Origin: Halocafeteria seosinensis
Taxonomy: Eukaryota
Direction of reading: 5' to 3'
Assembly (NCBI GenBank): GCA_001687465.1
Contig: LVLI01000240.1
Coordinates: 1-49,119, forward strand
Length of the DNA stretch: 49,119 nucleotides
The position numbers and the translations under genes are program-made. Under the pieces are notes generated by a model. It was not told the origin of the DNA and ran no database searches. It worked only from the letters and a program-made list of their open reading frames with translations. Of this stretch, positions 36,491-48,312 are shown one piece after another; the first letter of the stretch is position 1, and each line of letters begins with the position of its first letter.

Positions 36491-37981
36491 TCACTGTAAG
36501 ATACACCCGTGTGTTGCATACCCGGTTTTGGGCTCCTTCTTAAGAATTCTAACGGCGTCCTGGATTTCCGAATCTCCTCGATGCATGGCTTCAACGGTTT
36601 GGATAACACTCTTTCCACCTTGAAGGATGAAAATTTTTCTGCTGTCTCCTGATAAAACACAAATATTTTTGGGTGCATACACAGAGGGAGCTGCTTCCAT
36701 AGGGTGCGTTAGACCTTGGCTTACCTTTGTTGGCCACGTGCTCCAACGCCCATAGACCTCTAAGCGCAATCTTTCGGTTTGCGGTGTAGCGCATTAGAGC
36801 TTGCAATATCGCTGTTATTGCATCTGCTTTCTGTAATGCGACGTCAATCGAGGAGACTTTGTCATAGTCATGATGAGGAGCCCTCAAATATCCGCGATGC
36901 GGCATGATTTGGACATGGGTGGCGAAGTGTCCAAGTAATCCTAGCGTAGCGAGTACTTTTGTCTGGTGGTCAATCAATGCAACCAACTGATGTACTTGGT
37001 AAAGCACGTGGACAAACCTAGAGCATGTCTTACCACGTATTGGGGGTCCTCGATCTTCGTTTTCATGTTTCGAACCAAGTTCTTCGTTCCTGTGTCGATC
37101 ATCCGAAACCTGATTCATCCCAAGGGTATATTAGCAAAAGCAATGCGTAGCAACCTACCTAACCGTGAGTAGCGATTGGAATATTTCGTAGCTATATGTA
37201 GCGGACTCCACTTCCGATAGTCAATGGTGCCAAAGTATAGTGGCTCTTCTTCTTCCGGTAATTCCTCTCGTGCTTTATCTAACTTCTGCTGTTCGTACAA
37301 AGAAATCCCCGGTGTGAGCCCATCTTCAGTTCCGGGGTCATCTGATGGAGCAATTTCACTATGTACAAGCTGTTTTAGGTTAATGCCCACATTTCCACTC
37401 GTTTGCTGAGCTTTAGTGGCTTCTTTCGGTGTCATGGTATGTGAATACTTTAGTAGGCCAGATTCATTCTTTTGTATTCCTTTTGATGAGCCTGATACAG
37501 ACGCCGCTTGTTTCTGCTCCACTTTTGAACCTTCTTCCTCTTCGTCGTCTCCGACTTCTTGGACTTGCTTGAAGTCGCGAAAGGAGACGTTGGGAAACTT
37601 GCTTTGTGCCCCTTTGACGCCGTTGCCATTTCCGTTGCTTCCACTCTTCGTCTCATTTTCCGACTTATCCTTATCATTGGGCAACGCATGAAAGGATGCC
37701 TTGGGGAGCCTCACGGAACGTGTGAGGGTAGGCGCTTTCTCCACAGCAGTCTCTTCATCGGCCTCAGCAGTCTTTTTCACGTCTTCGAAGGCGATTTTAC
37801 GTCGAGCTGGCATTGCCGATGAAGGCTTCTGTGGGGAGGCTACAGGGCTCTCTGGAATAGATTTCATTGCTGAAGCACTCTTAGTTCGACTGGGTGTCTT
37901 GCTGTCGGAAGCTCCAGTAGGAGAGGAGAGATTGGATTTCCTCTGCATTACTGCAGCGCTCTTCATGCGCGGGAGACTCAT
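36491..37981 (-). CDS. Hypothetical protein: disordered Ser/Lys/Glu-rich N-terminus, helical C-terminal region, C-terminal CaaX (CILQ), multi-exon
   Basis: Three same-strand ORFs joinable through GT-AG sites, a single ankyrin-like WSPLHIA, and a last exon ending THGCILQ*. Confidence 0.6.
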
Positions 37982-38338
37982 GTTGATTGGATTAATGCAC
38001 TTTGGGTTGTCTGTATATGTTTGATTGAAACTCCCAAAAAACAAGGGGAAGTTAACACTCATGTAATCGCTACAATTCTATTTGCAACTTTTGATTAATG
38101 TAGCCATTTTTTTTTTCGTTTTCCGGAATGAAGCGCTCAACAAGGGTTCAACAACTCCCCTACCGCCTTTATCCTCTAAGGATTCCTCTTCTTTCAGAAC
38201 TTCCACAGGCAAACATTGACAGGTGCACACATCTTTCATATTTCGTGAAGAATGTGTATCAACAGATCAGGTATTCTGTATTGTGTGTGTGAATGGATGA
38301 GAACCCAAAGGCAACTCGTCTCTCTCGATACCGCAAAC

Positions 38339-39623
38339 TTAGCTCTTGGGTTTCCGTTTCCGACTGACGCTCCTACTGCGGCTCCCTGGAGTAGATCTAC
38401 TTGTGCTGCTTTGACTGCTCCTTGGGGCCCTTGGGGCCCTTGGGGTGGATGCACGCGTTCTTGAAGTGCTCCGTTTCTTACTTGAACTTGATGAAGCAGT
38501 AAAGCTCTGCTCAGCTTGGCGAACTGCATTGGCAAGCACAGCTGCTGAACGCTGCGGGCGTCGTTCTGCGATATTATCCCCTATGGCATTAGGGTTTGTC
38601 CCAGTGAATATCCGATAAAGGAAGTTCCAGGGGATTAAGGCGGGAACTTGCTCTTGGTAATGCTCGTATTGCTTCCCAAAATGATCGATCAACTTCCGTT
38701 CTTCCAATGGCAAGCCAACGGCGAATAAATAGCTCAGAAGGGAGACAGCCATCAAGGTTCGATCCAACGTTATTCTTGTTGAGCATAGGCACATCAGTAA
38801 CTGGCACGTGTACATCGGATGTCGTACAAAGCCATAGATACCAGTGGTGTGCAACTGATTGGAATGTTCAGCCTTTGTCCCAGATTTTCTTGAGCATCCG
38901 AAAAAGTCTGGGAACCCAAATGAAGCAACAACACCGAGGGCACACAGTCCAAAGAAGGTTGCCAGGAACAAATCCAAAGCATATCGCTGATGGGGAGCTA
39001 ATCCCAGAGCGCTTTCCACTGGGAACTCGTAGATCGTCACTGTACCAGCACGAGATAGCATAGGTAGTGCCAACAACAACTAACAGACATGGTCTCTCCA
39101 TGAGCATACATACCGCGAAGAGGCACCCAAAAGCCCATAAAGAGCACAAATAAAATGCCCGAGACGAAGTTGTAAACTCCTCGATATTGTCCTTCACTCA
39201 ATCCAGCATATCTCTTTCCCATTTTGTACGCTGAGGGCTTTGCCGTCAGCGAGTGAATAATGCCAAAGATGAGGAACAGTTGAACATTCATGTACGCTTT
39301 GACCGGGGTACTCCATTCCTCCACTGCGAAAGGCCACCAAGAAGCCTTGGGCGTTAACGTCCTCAGACCCTCGCCGTGATATACAGCTCGCATGACTTGC
39401 ATGACGTCCAATGGATCCCTGCAGTGCGCGCACATACACGTACGCAGTGTGATACAAGGAACTGGATCGGAAGAACTCACGTCGAGCAGTCGTTAGCGAC
39501 CCAAATAGGCCATAACGTCAACGTGAGCATTCCAATCGTCGCTAGGACGAGGGTTGCACCCGATTTGATGCTCTCTTTGAGGCCTCCATGGCCTTTCCGA
39601 GGCGCACTTTTAGTTCGCGCCAT
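38339..39623 (-). CDS. Nurim / MddA-like membrane protein (isoprenylcysteine carboxyl methyltransferase superfamily), 3 exons
   Basis: FGIIHSLTAKP, YRGVYN, FW.PL, DFFG, TTGIYGFVRHPMY and LEERKLIDHFGKQYEHYQEQVPALIP. Exon 1 (39623-39481) splices in frame to 39418. Confidence 0.88.
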
Positions 39624-40211
39624 TATTTAGACAGGCACTCGAGTCGAATATTTTCCATTTACTGTGACTCAAAACTTGATCAAGACCATGGAATTTGCTT
39701 GGACTTGACGAAGTTGCTATTGTTTTGAAAGTTCCCGACTCCCGACTGGAAGTTGTTAACGGCTGCTTGGACCACCAAATGTGCGAAATGGCCGGTATTA
39801 CATAAGCATCCGGTAAGTATATGGTAATGCAGGTTCCACTGGATGCGATCGAGTCCATTGGAAAACTTCGATGTCCATCATGATTCAGTCTGAATCATCC
39901 AGTTTGGTGGCTGAAGTCCACTTCCACACTGACTTTTTGACTTCCAGGTTCCACGCAGTCACAAAGAAGGGCGTTTAGGGTGAATGCATCCTGCAGCGCG
40001 GCATTATAACAGAGAATGTGGTGATTCATTTGGTGGATTTCCTTCCACGAGAGAAACTGGCCATTCATTGCATTCCTCTGATTCCACCATGGAACCACCC
40101 AGTGACTGAGTCAGTCAGCCGTTCATGTTCACAAGGCGGTCGCATACAGTAGACGAATCGTGTTTGGTGTTGTTAGTGCATGTAGCATGATAGCAGGTTG
40201 ATAGGTTAGTG

Positions 40212-43200
40212 ATGAACCGTCTGTTGACTCGTCATGGAGCAGGGGGGCGCCTGTATAGGAGCTCCATGCTCCTGGTCTCTCAACCCCCGATGTCTCTGAC
40301 ACGCTCTGGAGCAAATTTCACGACCAGGAGCTTCCAGGGGCCCTCTTCCATCGCTATCGGCGACATTTCTGCCCCGCTGAAAGCTCCCGCCAGCCCCCAT
40401 CTTGTGCCGCGGAATGGGAATACGGACGAGTTACTGGGGAACCTCACGGAGGAAGAAGTCAGTCATTTGAGGTAAGAATTCCAACCGTATTCACGTGCAT
40501 GCCACTATGCACGTTTTTCTTTGAATATTTCACGATGCAGATGGATGCTACAAAAGGATCGTCTCGGACAGGACATGTTTCTCCTGGGACCTCCTGGTAA
40601 GGTTCCAACTCGCTCGCCAAGTTTCTCATCGAAGGGGTTAGCCCTAGGTGCTCACTACAGGTCCTGATCGGAGGCGATTGGCATTACTGTTTTGCCAAAT
40701 GATGCAACGGGAGGTAGAGTTTATTTCGCTATCCAGAGATACAACCGAAAGGTAGGCCGCTGCTTCCGTGGCCGCCTTTCTGTTGCTAGGTTGACGTTGA
40801 CGTGCATGTCTTCCTCGTACTGCAGTGATTTGAAGCAGCGGAGAGAAATCGAAAAGGGGGAATCGTACTTCACTGATCAAGCTCCTGTCAGGGCTGCCCT
40901 GAATGGTCGTATCTTAGTCATTGACGGAATTGAGAAGGCCGAACGCAACGTTCTGCCTACACTGAACAATCTATTGGAGAATAGAGAAATGTCGCTCGAG
41001 GACGGCCGATTCCTGGTAAGCCCTCAGGCTTGGCAACGACTATCAGAGCACCATGGCACGACTCAGGACTCTCTTGCTGTAGGCGCTCACACGCTAGTGA
41101 AAGTACATGAAGACTTTCGTGTGATTGCTTTAGGGTTACCCAGTCCTCCATTCCCCGGGAAGCCTTTAGACCCTCCGCTACGATCACGGTTTCAGGCCAA
41201 GTTCATCACTCCCAAGAAAGCGGTGTTACCTTCCCAAAGCGACAACGTCCAAGAGGTTTCAACAAATTTGGCATCTTTTCAAGCGACGTACACCATGCTC
41301 CATGCGGATTCATTGACAAATGCTGCATCCAGCCGGCTTCCACCGTTTCCGCCTCACAGTGTAGAAGGGGTAATGAGGCAGATTGCGGTATTTCCTGATG
41401 ATGCCGTAGCTGTAGGGGATGTGTTGCACAGAAGCTTCCCGTTCACTCTCATGGATGATATCTCTCGTCATATTCGCCAGAAATTGGAGCATGAGGCCCG
41501 CAAGCAAAAGAAGGAATCAAGTACATCACGATGGGGAGCAGGCTGGGCCGGTTCTTTCGATGCGTTCAGTCAATCAAAAAATGATGGGCCAAAGGAGTCA
41601 AAGGAAGACACACATTCTCTCTCGGATAAGGTATCTCAAGTACTCGATACTGACTTGTTTCAGGTGCTCCGTGGAACATCGTGCTATTTTGACAGCGTCA
41701 ACCCATTAAGGCCCGCAGGAGTTACGCGGGACCAAGCAAGGCAACACGCTCCCGGGATGTTTTCTTCTGAGAGTTCTGGATATCAGCTTGAATCCATTTC
41801 CTCACAGGAGACAGGATTGTCGACAATTCGGTTCCGAAGCAAAGCTACCGGCGAGCAAATAGACGTCGAAGCTGCCTGTGGAAGTAACTGCTCTTCCATG
41901 GACAGTCTCGCTGTGCAGAATTGTAGTATCGCGCTTACGGAGAGCTTTGAGGCATTGATCACTCGCCTTCTCCAGGATCACTCTATGAATCACGATCTGT
42001 GCCTCGTAGGAGATAAGGTACGACGGTGAGGGTCAGTTTCTACTTGCGTAACATTTGCAATACAGAGTGTCAACGTCTATCCTGCAGGGTGCCGGCAAGT
42101 CTATTGCAACCCAATCTTTTGCGGAAATATTAGGCTATGATACAGAGTTGATCCCCCTTTATGCTGACATGTCGGCCCGTGATCTCTTACAGAAACGGGC
42201 AATAGACCCAGATACCGGAAATACAACCTGGAGTGACTCACCGTTGGTAAGTAACATAATATTTGCCCATATGGGCCCATAGTTTCACCTGTGTTTCTTG
42301 AATCCCTCCTGACAGGTTCACTCAGCGTTATCTGGAAAACTGTGTGTGCTTGATGGGCTTCACACCTTGGCAGGTGATGTTGTATCGACGCTACAACGTC
42401 TATGCGTTGATAGGGAGTTAGATCTGTTTAATGGAAACCGATTGGTATCTCGAGAAAAGTGGAACTATCTTCGCGAAAACTCGTTTATTGACGACTCAGG
42501 AAGGTCTGTAGGTGCTGGAGAGAATGCCAACAAAATCCTACCGATCCATCCGTCTTTCCGAATTTTTGCACTATCTAAGGAACCCTCTAAAGGAGTAATG
42601 TCACCGGAAACAGTGAGCTCAACCTCGTCTAATCACATTGCTTGGTTACATCCGGAGGTGCTCGGCATGTTTCGATTCCACACGCTTGGCGATGAGTTGC
42701 CCGATCAGGAGAAGTCTGCTATACTCAGTAGACAGTGTAGAAGTCTAAGTGAATCGCTTATTTCAAGGTTATGCACATTCAATTCTTTTCTCAAGAAAAA
42801 TCATTCAAGTTCCACGCGGGATCAACGGGAATCTCTGTCCGGGCTGTCCTTGAGACAACTGATTAAACTTGGAAAACGCTGCGAAAGTCACCTGAAGAAC
42901 TCAAAAAGCGACTCAGCAAATCTCAATATCCGGGATGATGTCCATTCTTTGCTCTTGACTCGGTTTTCTCCATCTTCCGTGAAATCTTCAGTCGATAGCG
43001 CACTGCGCGAAGCTGGGTTTCCGACGAAGCGTGGACCGGAACAGACCGATGGGACGGTTGTTGAAATCAATTATTCAGATGCTGGCGATGGATCACGAAC
43101 TTTACGGATAGGAAGGGTTGAAACCAACTCCTTGGACAGACCCACCAATCCCGAGCTGGTTCCTCACCCGCACTTTTATGACATTCCTCAACACAAGGTG

Positions 43201-45804
43201 CATTTGATGAACATGCTAGCTGATCTAAATGCTGGAGAGAAGCATCTTCTGCTTATCGGGAATCAAGGAACTGGAAAAAATATGCTGGCAGATCAGATGC
43301 TGCATCTTCTGAACGGAGAAAGGGAATACATGCAGTTACACCGTGATTCTACGGTAGGTGCACTTACTCTTACACCTGCTCTCGTTGACGGCAAACTCGT
43401 ATGGGAAAACAGTCCATTGGTACGAGCTGTTCGCGAAGGGCGAACTCTTGTTCTTGATGAAGCGGATAAAGCACCGACAGAAGTAGTTAGCATCGTCAAG
43501 AGTCTCATTGAAGACGGTCAAATGTTATTGGCTGATGGCCGGCGGATCGTGGATGAGGGCAGGTATCATACTTCTGAGGAGGAGGCAGACATAGTGCCGC
43601 TACACCCCCAATTCCGATTGTGGGTCCTGGCAAACAGGTATGTGCTTTCCACGTTGGCCAGTTGTTTTTTCCTTTACTCGACATACTTTCCACGTTCAAA
43701 TTCTGCAGACCTGGCTGGCCGTTCCTCGGTAATGATTTCTTTCGAGAGTGTGGAGGTATGTGCGTCGACAACGGTTGATACACTCTTCCGTAACAAGCCA
43801 AAACCTTGCTCTCCCTGTGGGCCGTACATGCAGACATCTTCTCGACTCATGTAATCGACAATCCAGGTATGTAATATTGGTCCGTTTCTGAGTTCCTCTA
43901 ACTCCTCATTTTCCCTTTTTATCGTACATGCAGATATTGAGAGCGAGGTATCACTCTTACAGTCTTATGCTCCTCGTTTGGAGAAAAATATTTTAAAGCG
44001 ACTGGCCTCCGCATTCTCCAAACTCCGAGAAGAGCACGAGACAGGAGGAATTTCATATCCGTATTCGACGAGAGAAGCCGTCGCGGTGGTCAAACACATG
44101 TCTTGTTTCGAGACTGATAATGTATCGCATGCTCTTGAGAACGTTCTCGCTTTCGATGCATTGGATCCTCATTTGCGCAGGAAGATTGTGGATATATTTG
44201 CTGAAGAAGGCTTCCGAGTTGCAGATTCGCCCCAGGCTACCTTTGGCTTTATGAGGAGCCTCTGGGATATGCGAAAAGGTGGAGATGAGGATAATGGATC
44301 TAAATTTTGGAACCTTCGCTCCGACGACCTCCGAATCCAGCGTTTTGACAATGAAGGGAATCCGTTCCAGGAGTACTCACCATCTTCCTCTACTCCCCCG
44401 CCTATCCAGTCTCCCAAGCATGGTCAGGTAGATGACGAGGAACATATTGGTGGGAGTACATACGCTGGTGGTACGGGTGGCTCGAATACTGCCGGTATGG
44501 ATTTGTATCTTTCTATGTCGATGTATCTTGAGTTATCCTAACGTCTGTTCTTGCAGGTCTTGGAGGACGCGGCGGCCCCTATCGGTTAGACAAGGGCCAT
44601 ACAGTGCATCAGGTCAGCGGTGATTGCTAACATATTTTATTACACTGAGAGCTTCATTAATGTGTTTTGAGTGTTTGCAGGTTTCGGAAGAAGCTAAAAA
44701 GGACGTGCCCCCAGAAGTACAAGAAAGAGCGAAACAAATGGCACAAGATGCGTTGAAAGAGCGGCTGAACGAGATCAAAATGTCTGAAGGGCAAATGGTA
44801 TGGTGCTGATAGTGAAGTACTAGCTATTCCTTGGCAATTTCATATTGTGGTGATATGCGTCCAGGAAATGTACACAAATCTCTTGGATCATGTAGGTGCC
44901 CATATCCATGCGCTGCGTAACGTCTTAGAAGCTGCGGAGATGAAGAACGAGGAACGCGTTTGGAAGAAGAATCAATTGCAAGGAGATCTGGACGACTCGA
45001 AGATAGTTGACGGAGTTACGGGGGAAAAAAACATATACAAACGCCGCGTGGTGGAGGACGTCGAGGAAGATCTACACAGCAATAATAAAGTCAAGCTTCA
45101 TTTTGTCCTCGACGTATCGGGGAGTATGTACAGGTTCAATAACCAAGATGGTCGGCTCAACAGATTGTTAGAAACATCGGTAATGATCATGGAAAGCTTT
45201 AGAGGTAAGCGCGCTGCGAATGAGTTTCTGTCTTTTCGACATTTTACCTTTTCTGCTGCTTCCGCAGGATTTGAAGACCGTTTTGACTACTGTATCGTGG
45301 GACATAGTGGGGACGCTGAGAAGATACCGCTAGTAAACTATGGCTCCCCACCCCAAAATGAAAAGGAACGTCTTGAAATCCTGCAAACAATGGTTGCACA
45401 TACGCAATTTTGTATGCCTGGCGACCATACTATCGAAGCAACTAGAACTGCTATTTCTGAAGCATCTGCTCTTGATGCCCCCAGTGGAGGCAAATTTGTA
45501 TTCATTGTATCGGATGCTAACCTGCGGCGCTACAACATTCCTCCCGAGGCCCTGGCGGAAGAAATCAACAGAGCCTCGAATTCTTTTGTCGATGCGTACG
45601 CTGTCTTTATCGCTAGCATTGCCGATGAGGCTCATCGTGTTGCTGATGCCCTACCGACGGGGCGGTAAGTTCTGTAAAGCTTACCTATGTTGGCTGTATA
45701 ATTGCATTTTCTTGTTCGACTTTGACTGCAGTGGCTATCCTGTATTTGATACTAGCTCTATTCCAAGTATCTTCCAGAGCATCTTTGTGGATAAGTTCCA
45801 GTAA
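40212..45804 (+). CDS. VWA8: von Willebrand factor A domain-containing protein 8 (AAA+ ATPase with C-terminal VWA), multi-exon
   Basis: RWMLQKDRLGQDMFLLGPPG, SDLKQRREI, DGIEKAERNVLPTLNNLLENREM, LLIGNQGTGKN, LDEADKAP, GGTGGSNTAG|LGGRGGPYRLD and LDVSGSMYRFN. Arg-rich N-terminus resembling a mitochondrial presequence. Confidence 0.97.
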
Positions 45805-45955
45805 CCTTTGATCATCCTCGGTTCATGCTTTCGTCAGAATAGAACCGAGGAAGTTTGGTGAACACTGCACCTCTAAGTTTTGCCATCATTGCAGATGGTG
45901 AGCATGATAATCAATTTGAAGTTGAATACACACCCTCGAAGTCATAGGCTCCACT

Positions 45956-46549
45956 CTAACTTACGAACGGTCGGCTTCCGACGGAAGTTTCGGGCTCGAC
46001 GGCTCCCATGTCTCGTACCGCCGGTGGGCCATCAGTCACATCTTCGTCGTCGTCTCGTACCAGCAGAGCCCTGAACAAAATATCTGCGGAATCCAGTCCA
46101 ACTTCGAGAAGCACAAATGAAGTGAGTTGAGCTTCGCATGCAAGCCTTCTTGGGAGCGCGTATAATGACTTACGGTATTTATAAGCATAGTCAATAGGCA
46201 AAATCTGTAGACTTTATCTAACGAATGCGGCGGCGCACTCGAACTCATAATCCCGTCCGATTCCAGACCGGGAATTTCCGGTTCTCCACAGGAAAACATG
46301 TCTTGCACGCCCCTCTTGTACCGGTAATAGCTGTCCATCTTCGTTTTTGCGATGAAGCCATTCCAGAACTCCATTAGCCTCACTTTCCGTATTGTCCTCA
46401 CTCGTTTCCAAACATTTCCCAATACTACTTGCGAAGGTTTCCTTTTTGCCTTCCTCCTCTTTGACGTTGCACCCTCCCGTTATGAACCAGCCCGGAATGC
46501 ACTTCTCTTTGATGGCTTCTAATAATCCAGGCTTTGGTTCTGCAGTCAT
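45956..46549 (-). CDS. Small hypothetical protein, exon structure unresolved
   Basis: ATG-started ORF MTAEPKPGLLEAIKEKC plus overlapping same-strand ORFs. No family recognised. Confidence 0.3.
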
Positions 46550-47310
46550 TTTCGTGTTCTTTTATGTTTTGTCGTTTCCGTTGGCTCTGCCGCGACAAAC
46601 TTCGTCTCCAGTAACCTAACCGGTTTGGGGTTGGCTGCGTTGGGCGAAGTCAATTCAACCCCCAAACCAAGTGACATCTACTTCCGTCTCATACAGTAGA
46701 TAGGACTATGAAATGGTGTTGTGCTATGCTTGCTGTGGGTAGCCAACAACAACAAGATTTTTTCCAATACAATGTCCTGGAACTAACTTCGTGGTACACC
46801 CAGCATGCTGTGTGTGCTATTATGCATGTATGGATATAATATGATGCTACTGTTGTACTTGTACCATGTACTCGTGTACCGTTATGGGTAAGAAGAAGTT
46901 AATGGTGCATTGATTGTTTCTGCTCTGTAATATGAGGATCAGAATCGTCGTGGCGTGTTTCCTTTTGTCAGACGCCGCGCTAGCACGGCCTATGAGCAGG
47001 GAAAGCTTAAGGGTCATTACCCTGTACAGAATAAGTCCCAAATGGATACGAGGTTTGAAGAATGGTTTAAAATTGCAAACGACTGTAAAATTTATAACGA
47101 CGGGAAACCAGGAGAGAGAGCACTGTTTCGGCTGAGAGAGGCTCTGTCTTCTTTGGTGTCCGAACTCTGCTACGATGAAAAAGGTAAGCCATCGTAGTAG
47201 TGTGTATTGTTATGGCCTGCCAGCTAGGAAGAGCTTTGAGGGCCTTGTTTCTTAAGTAGGTAACACAGTTTGCGTCCGAAAACTGTATCGAGACAGTGGC
47301 GTGGTGGAAT

Positions 47311-48312
47311 CTAATGCTGAGGGATGAAAAAAGTGATAAGGGAGAATGTTGGACCCATAAATTTTGCTAGTTCTTTCCTCTTTTTATTAAATATTGATTG
47401 TGTAATTTCGTTACTATGTTTCTTTTTTTCCATTTCATCTAAAAAGGTGCTTACATACATTTGCCGTAATTCATTTACGGATTTACCAATTAGACTTCCT
47501 AAGATATCACTAAAATAACGAGCATTTACTGGTTTACTATCTTTTAAGTCTACAACTAATAAATAGTCTCCATCTTTAATAACTTTAAGATTTGATTTTT
47601 TAACATAATTTTTAATGATATATCGTAGTTCAGTATTGTTAATATCTATCTGGTGTTCTCCATAACTTCTGCTGGTTTTATGAGTTCTATTAACTAACCT
47701 CCAATTATCCAAATCCATATAATTTCCTGTATCTGGTATTTTAGTTTTATTCCAATTACAAATTTTCACACTGTAATATTCTTGACCTCTTAAAGGTGGT
47801 AGGAAGTAATAGAATGATATGATTAAATAACGTTTCCATTTCAAATAATCAAAAGGTTCATTGTTTCTATCTCTTTCCTTTAACTCTTCTTTAATCTCCT
47901 CAAATTTCTTTTTAATGTCTTCTGGTTGTATTCTAGTTTTTAATTCCTTCTCTGTAGGTTCTTTATAAATATCTTCTTCATTACTCTCTCTTTTGTATTT
48001 CTGGTCGAAGTTCCTAAAGAGTTCTAATACCGTATTAATCTTTTCATTATCAATTTCTTCTTTAGTTATCTCTGTAATGACCAACAAAGCCCTCAAATAT
48101 GTTATGATGGTAGTTCTAGAATAGTTCAATTGTAAATGGATAATTACGTTATTTCTGTTATCAAACAATTCATTTATCAATTCTTCAAAAGTAGAAGGTA
48201 TAGCTTTACAAGTAAAACACTCAGTAGATAATTTTTTAAGGATATTCATATATCCATTAACAGTGCTGGGCTTCCTTTTAATAGATAATTTAGTTCTTAA
48301 TAGTTCGTCCAT
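47311..48312 (-). CDS. Tyrosine recombinase/integrase of viral type, C-terminus apparently truncated
   Basis: STVNGYMNILKKL N-terminal motif, LPPLRGQEY (catalytic R), HKTSRSYG (K), VNELRQMYVS (xxLR) and ELAKFMG. The expected His and catalytic Tyr are absent (MGPTFSLITFFIPQH*). Confidence 0.85.
   Translation of the reverse strand: MDELLRTKLSIKRKPSTVNGYMNILKKLSTECFTCKAIPSTFEELINELFDNRNNVIIHLQLNYSRTTIITYLRALLVITEITKEEIDNEKINTVLELFRNFDQKYKRESNEEDIYKEPTEKELKTRIQPEDIKKKFEEIKEELKERDRNNEPFDYLKWKRYLIISFYYFLPPLRGQEYYSVKICNWNKTKIPDTGNYMDLDNWRLVNRTHKTSRSYGEHQIDINNTELRYIIKNYVKKSNLKVIKDGDYLLVVDLKDSKPVNARYFSDILGSLIGKSVNELRQMYVSTFLDEMEKKKHSNEITQSIFNKKRKELAKFMGPTFSLITFFIPQH

Noticed and set aside
12912..40113. 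Recurrent TGACTCA/TGAGTCA (AP-1-like) sites
   Set aside because: About eight seen, and roughly six are expected by chance for a 7-mer on both strands of 49 kb.
46955..47330. Possible host gene disrupted by the viral insertion
   Set aside because: An 80-codon ORF with a plausible GT donor exists, but the spliced frame I tested stops before the junction and no family is recognisable.
47311..48312. YR as part of a DIRS/Ngaro retrotransposon or a bacterial prophage contaminant
   Set aside because: No adjacent RT/RNase H. The LPPLR and HKT...YG pattern, the AT richness and the neighbouring Polinton-type integrase fit a eukaryotic DNA virus better. Not fully excluded without a database search.
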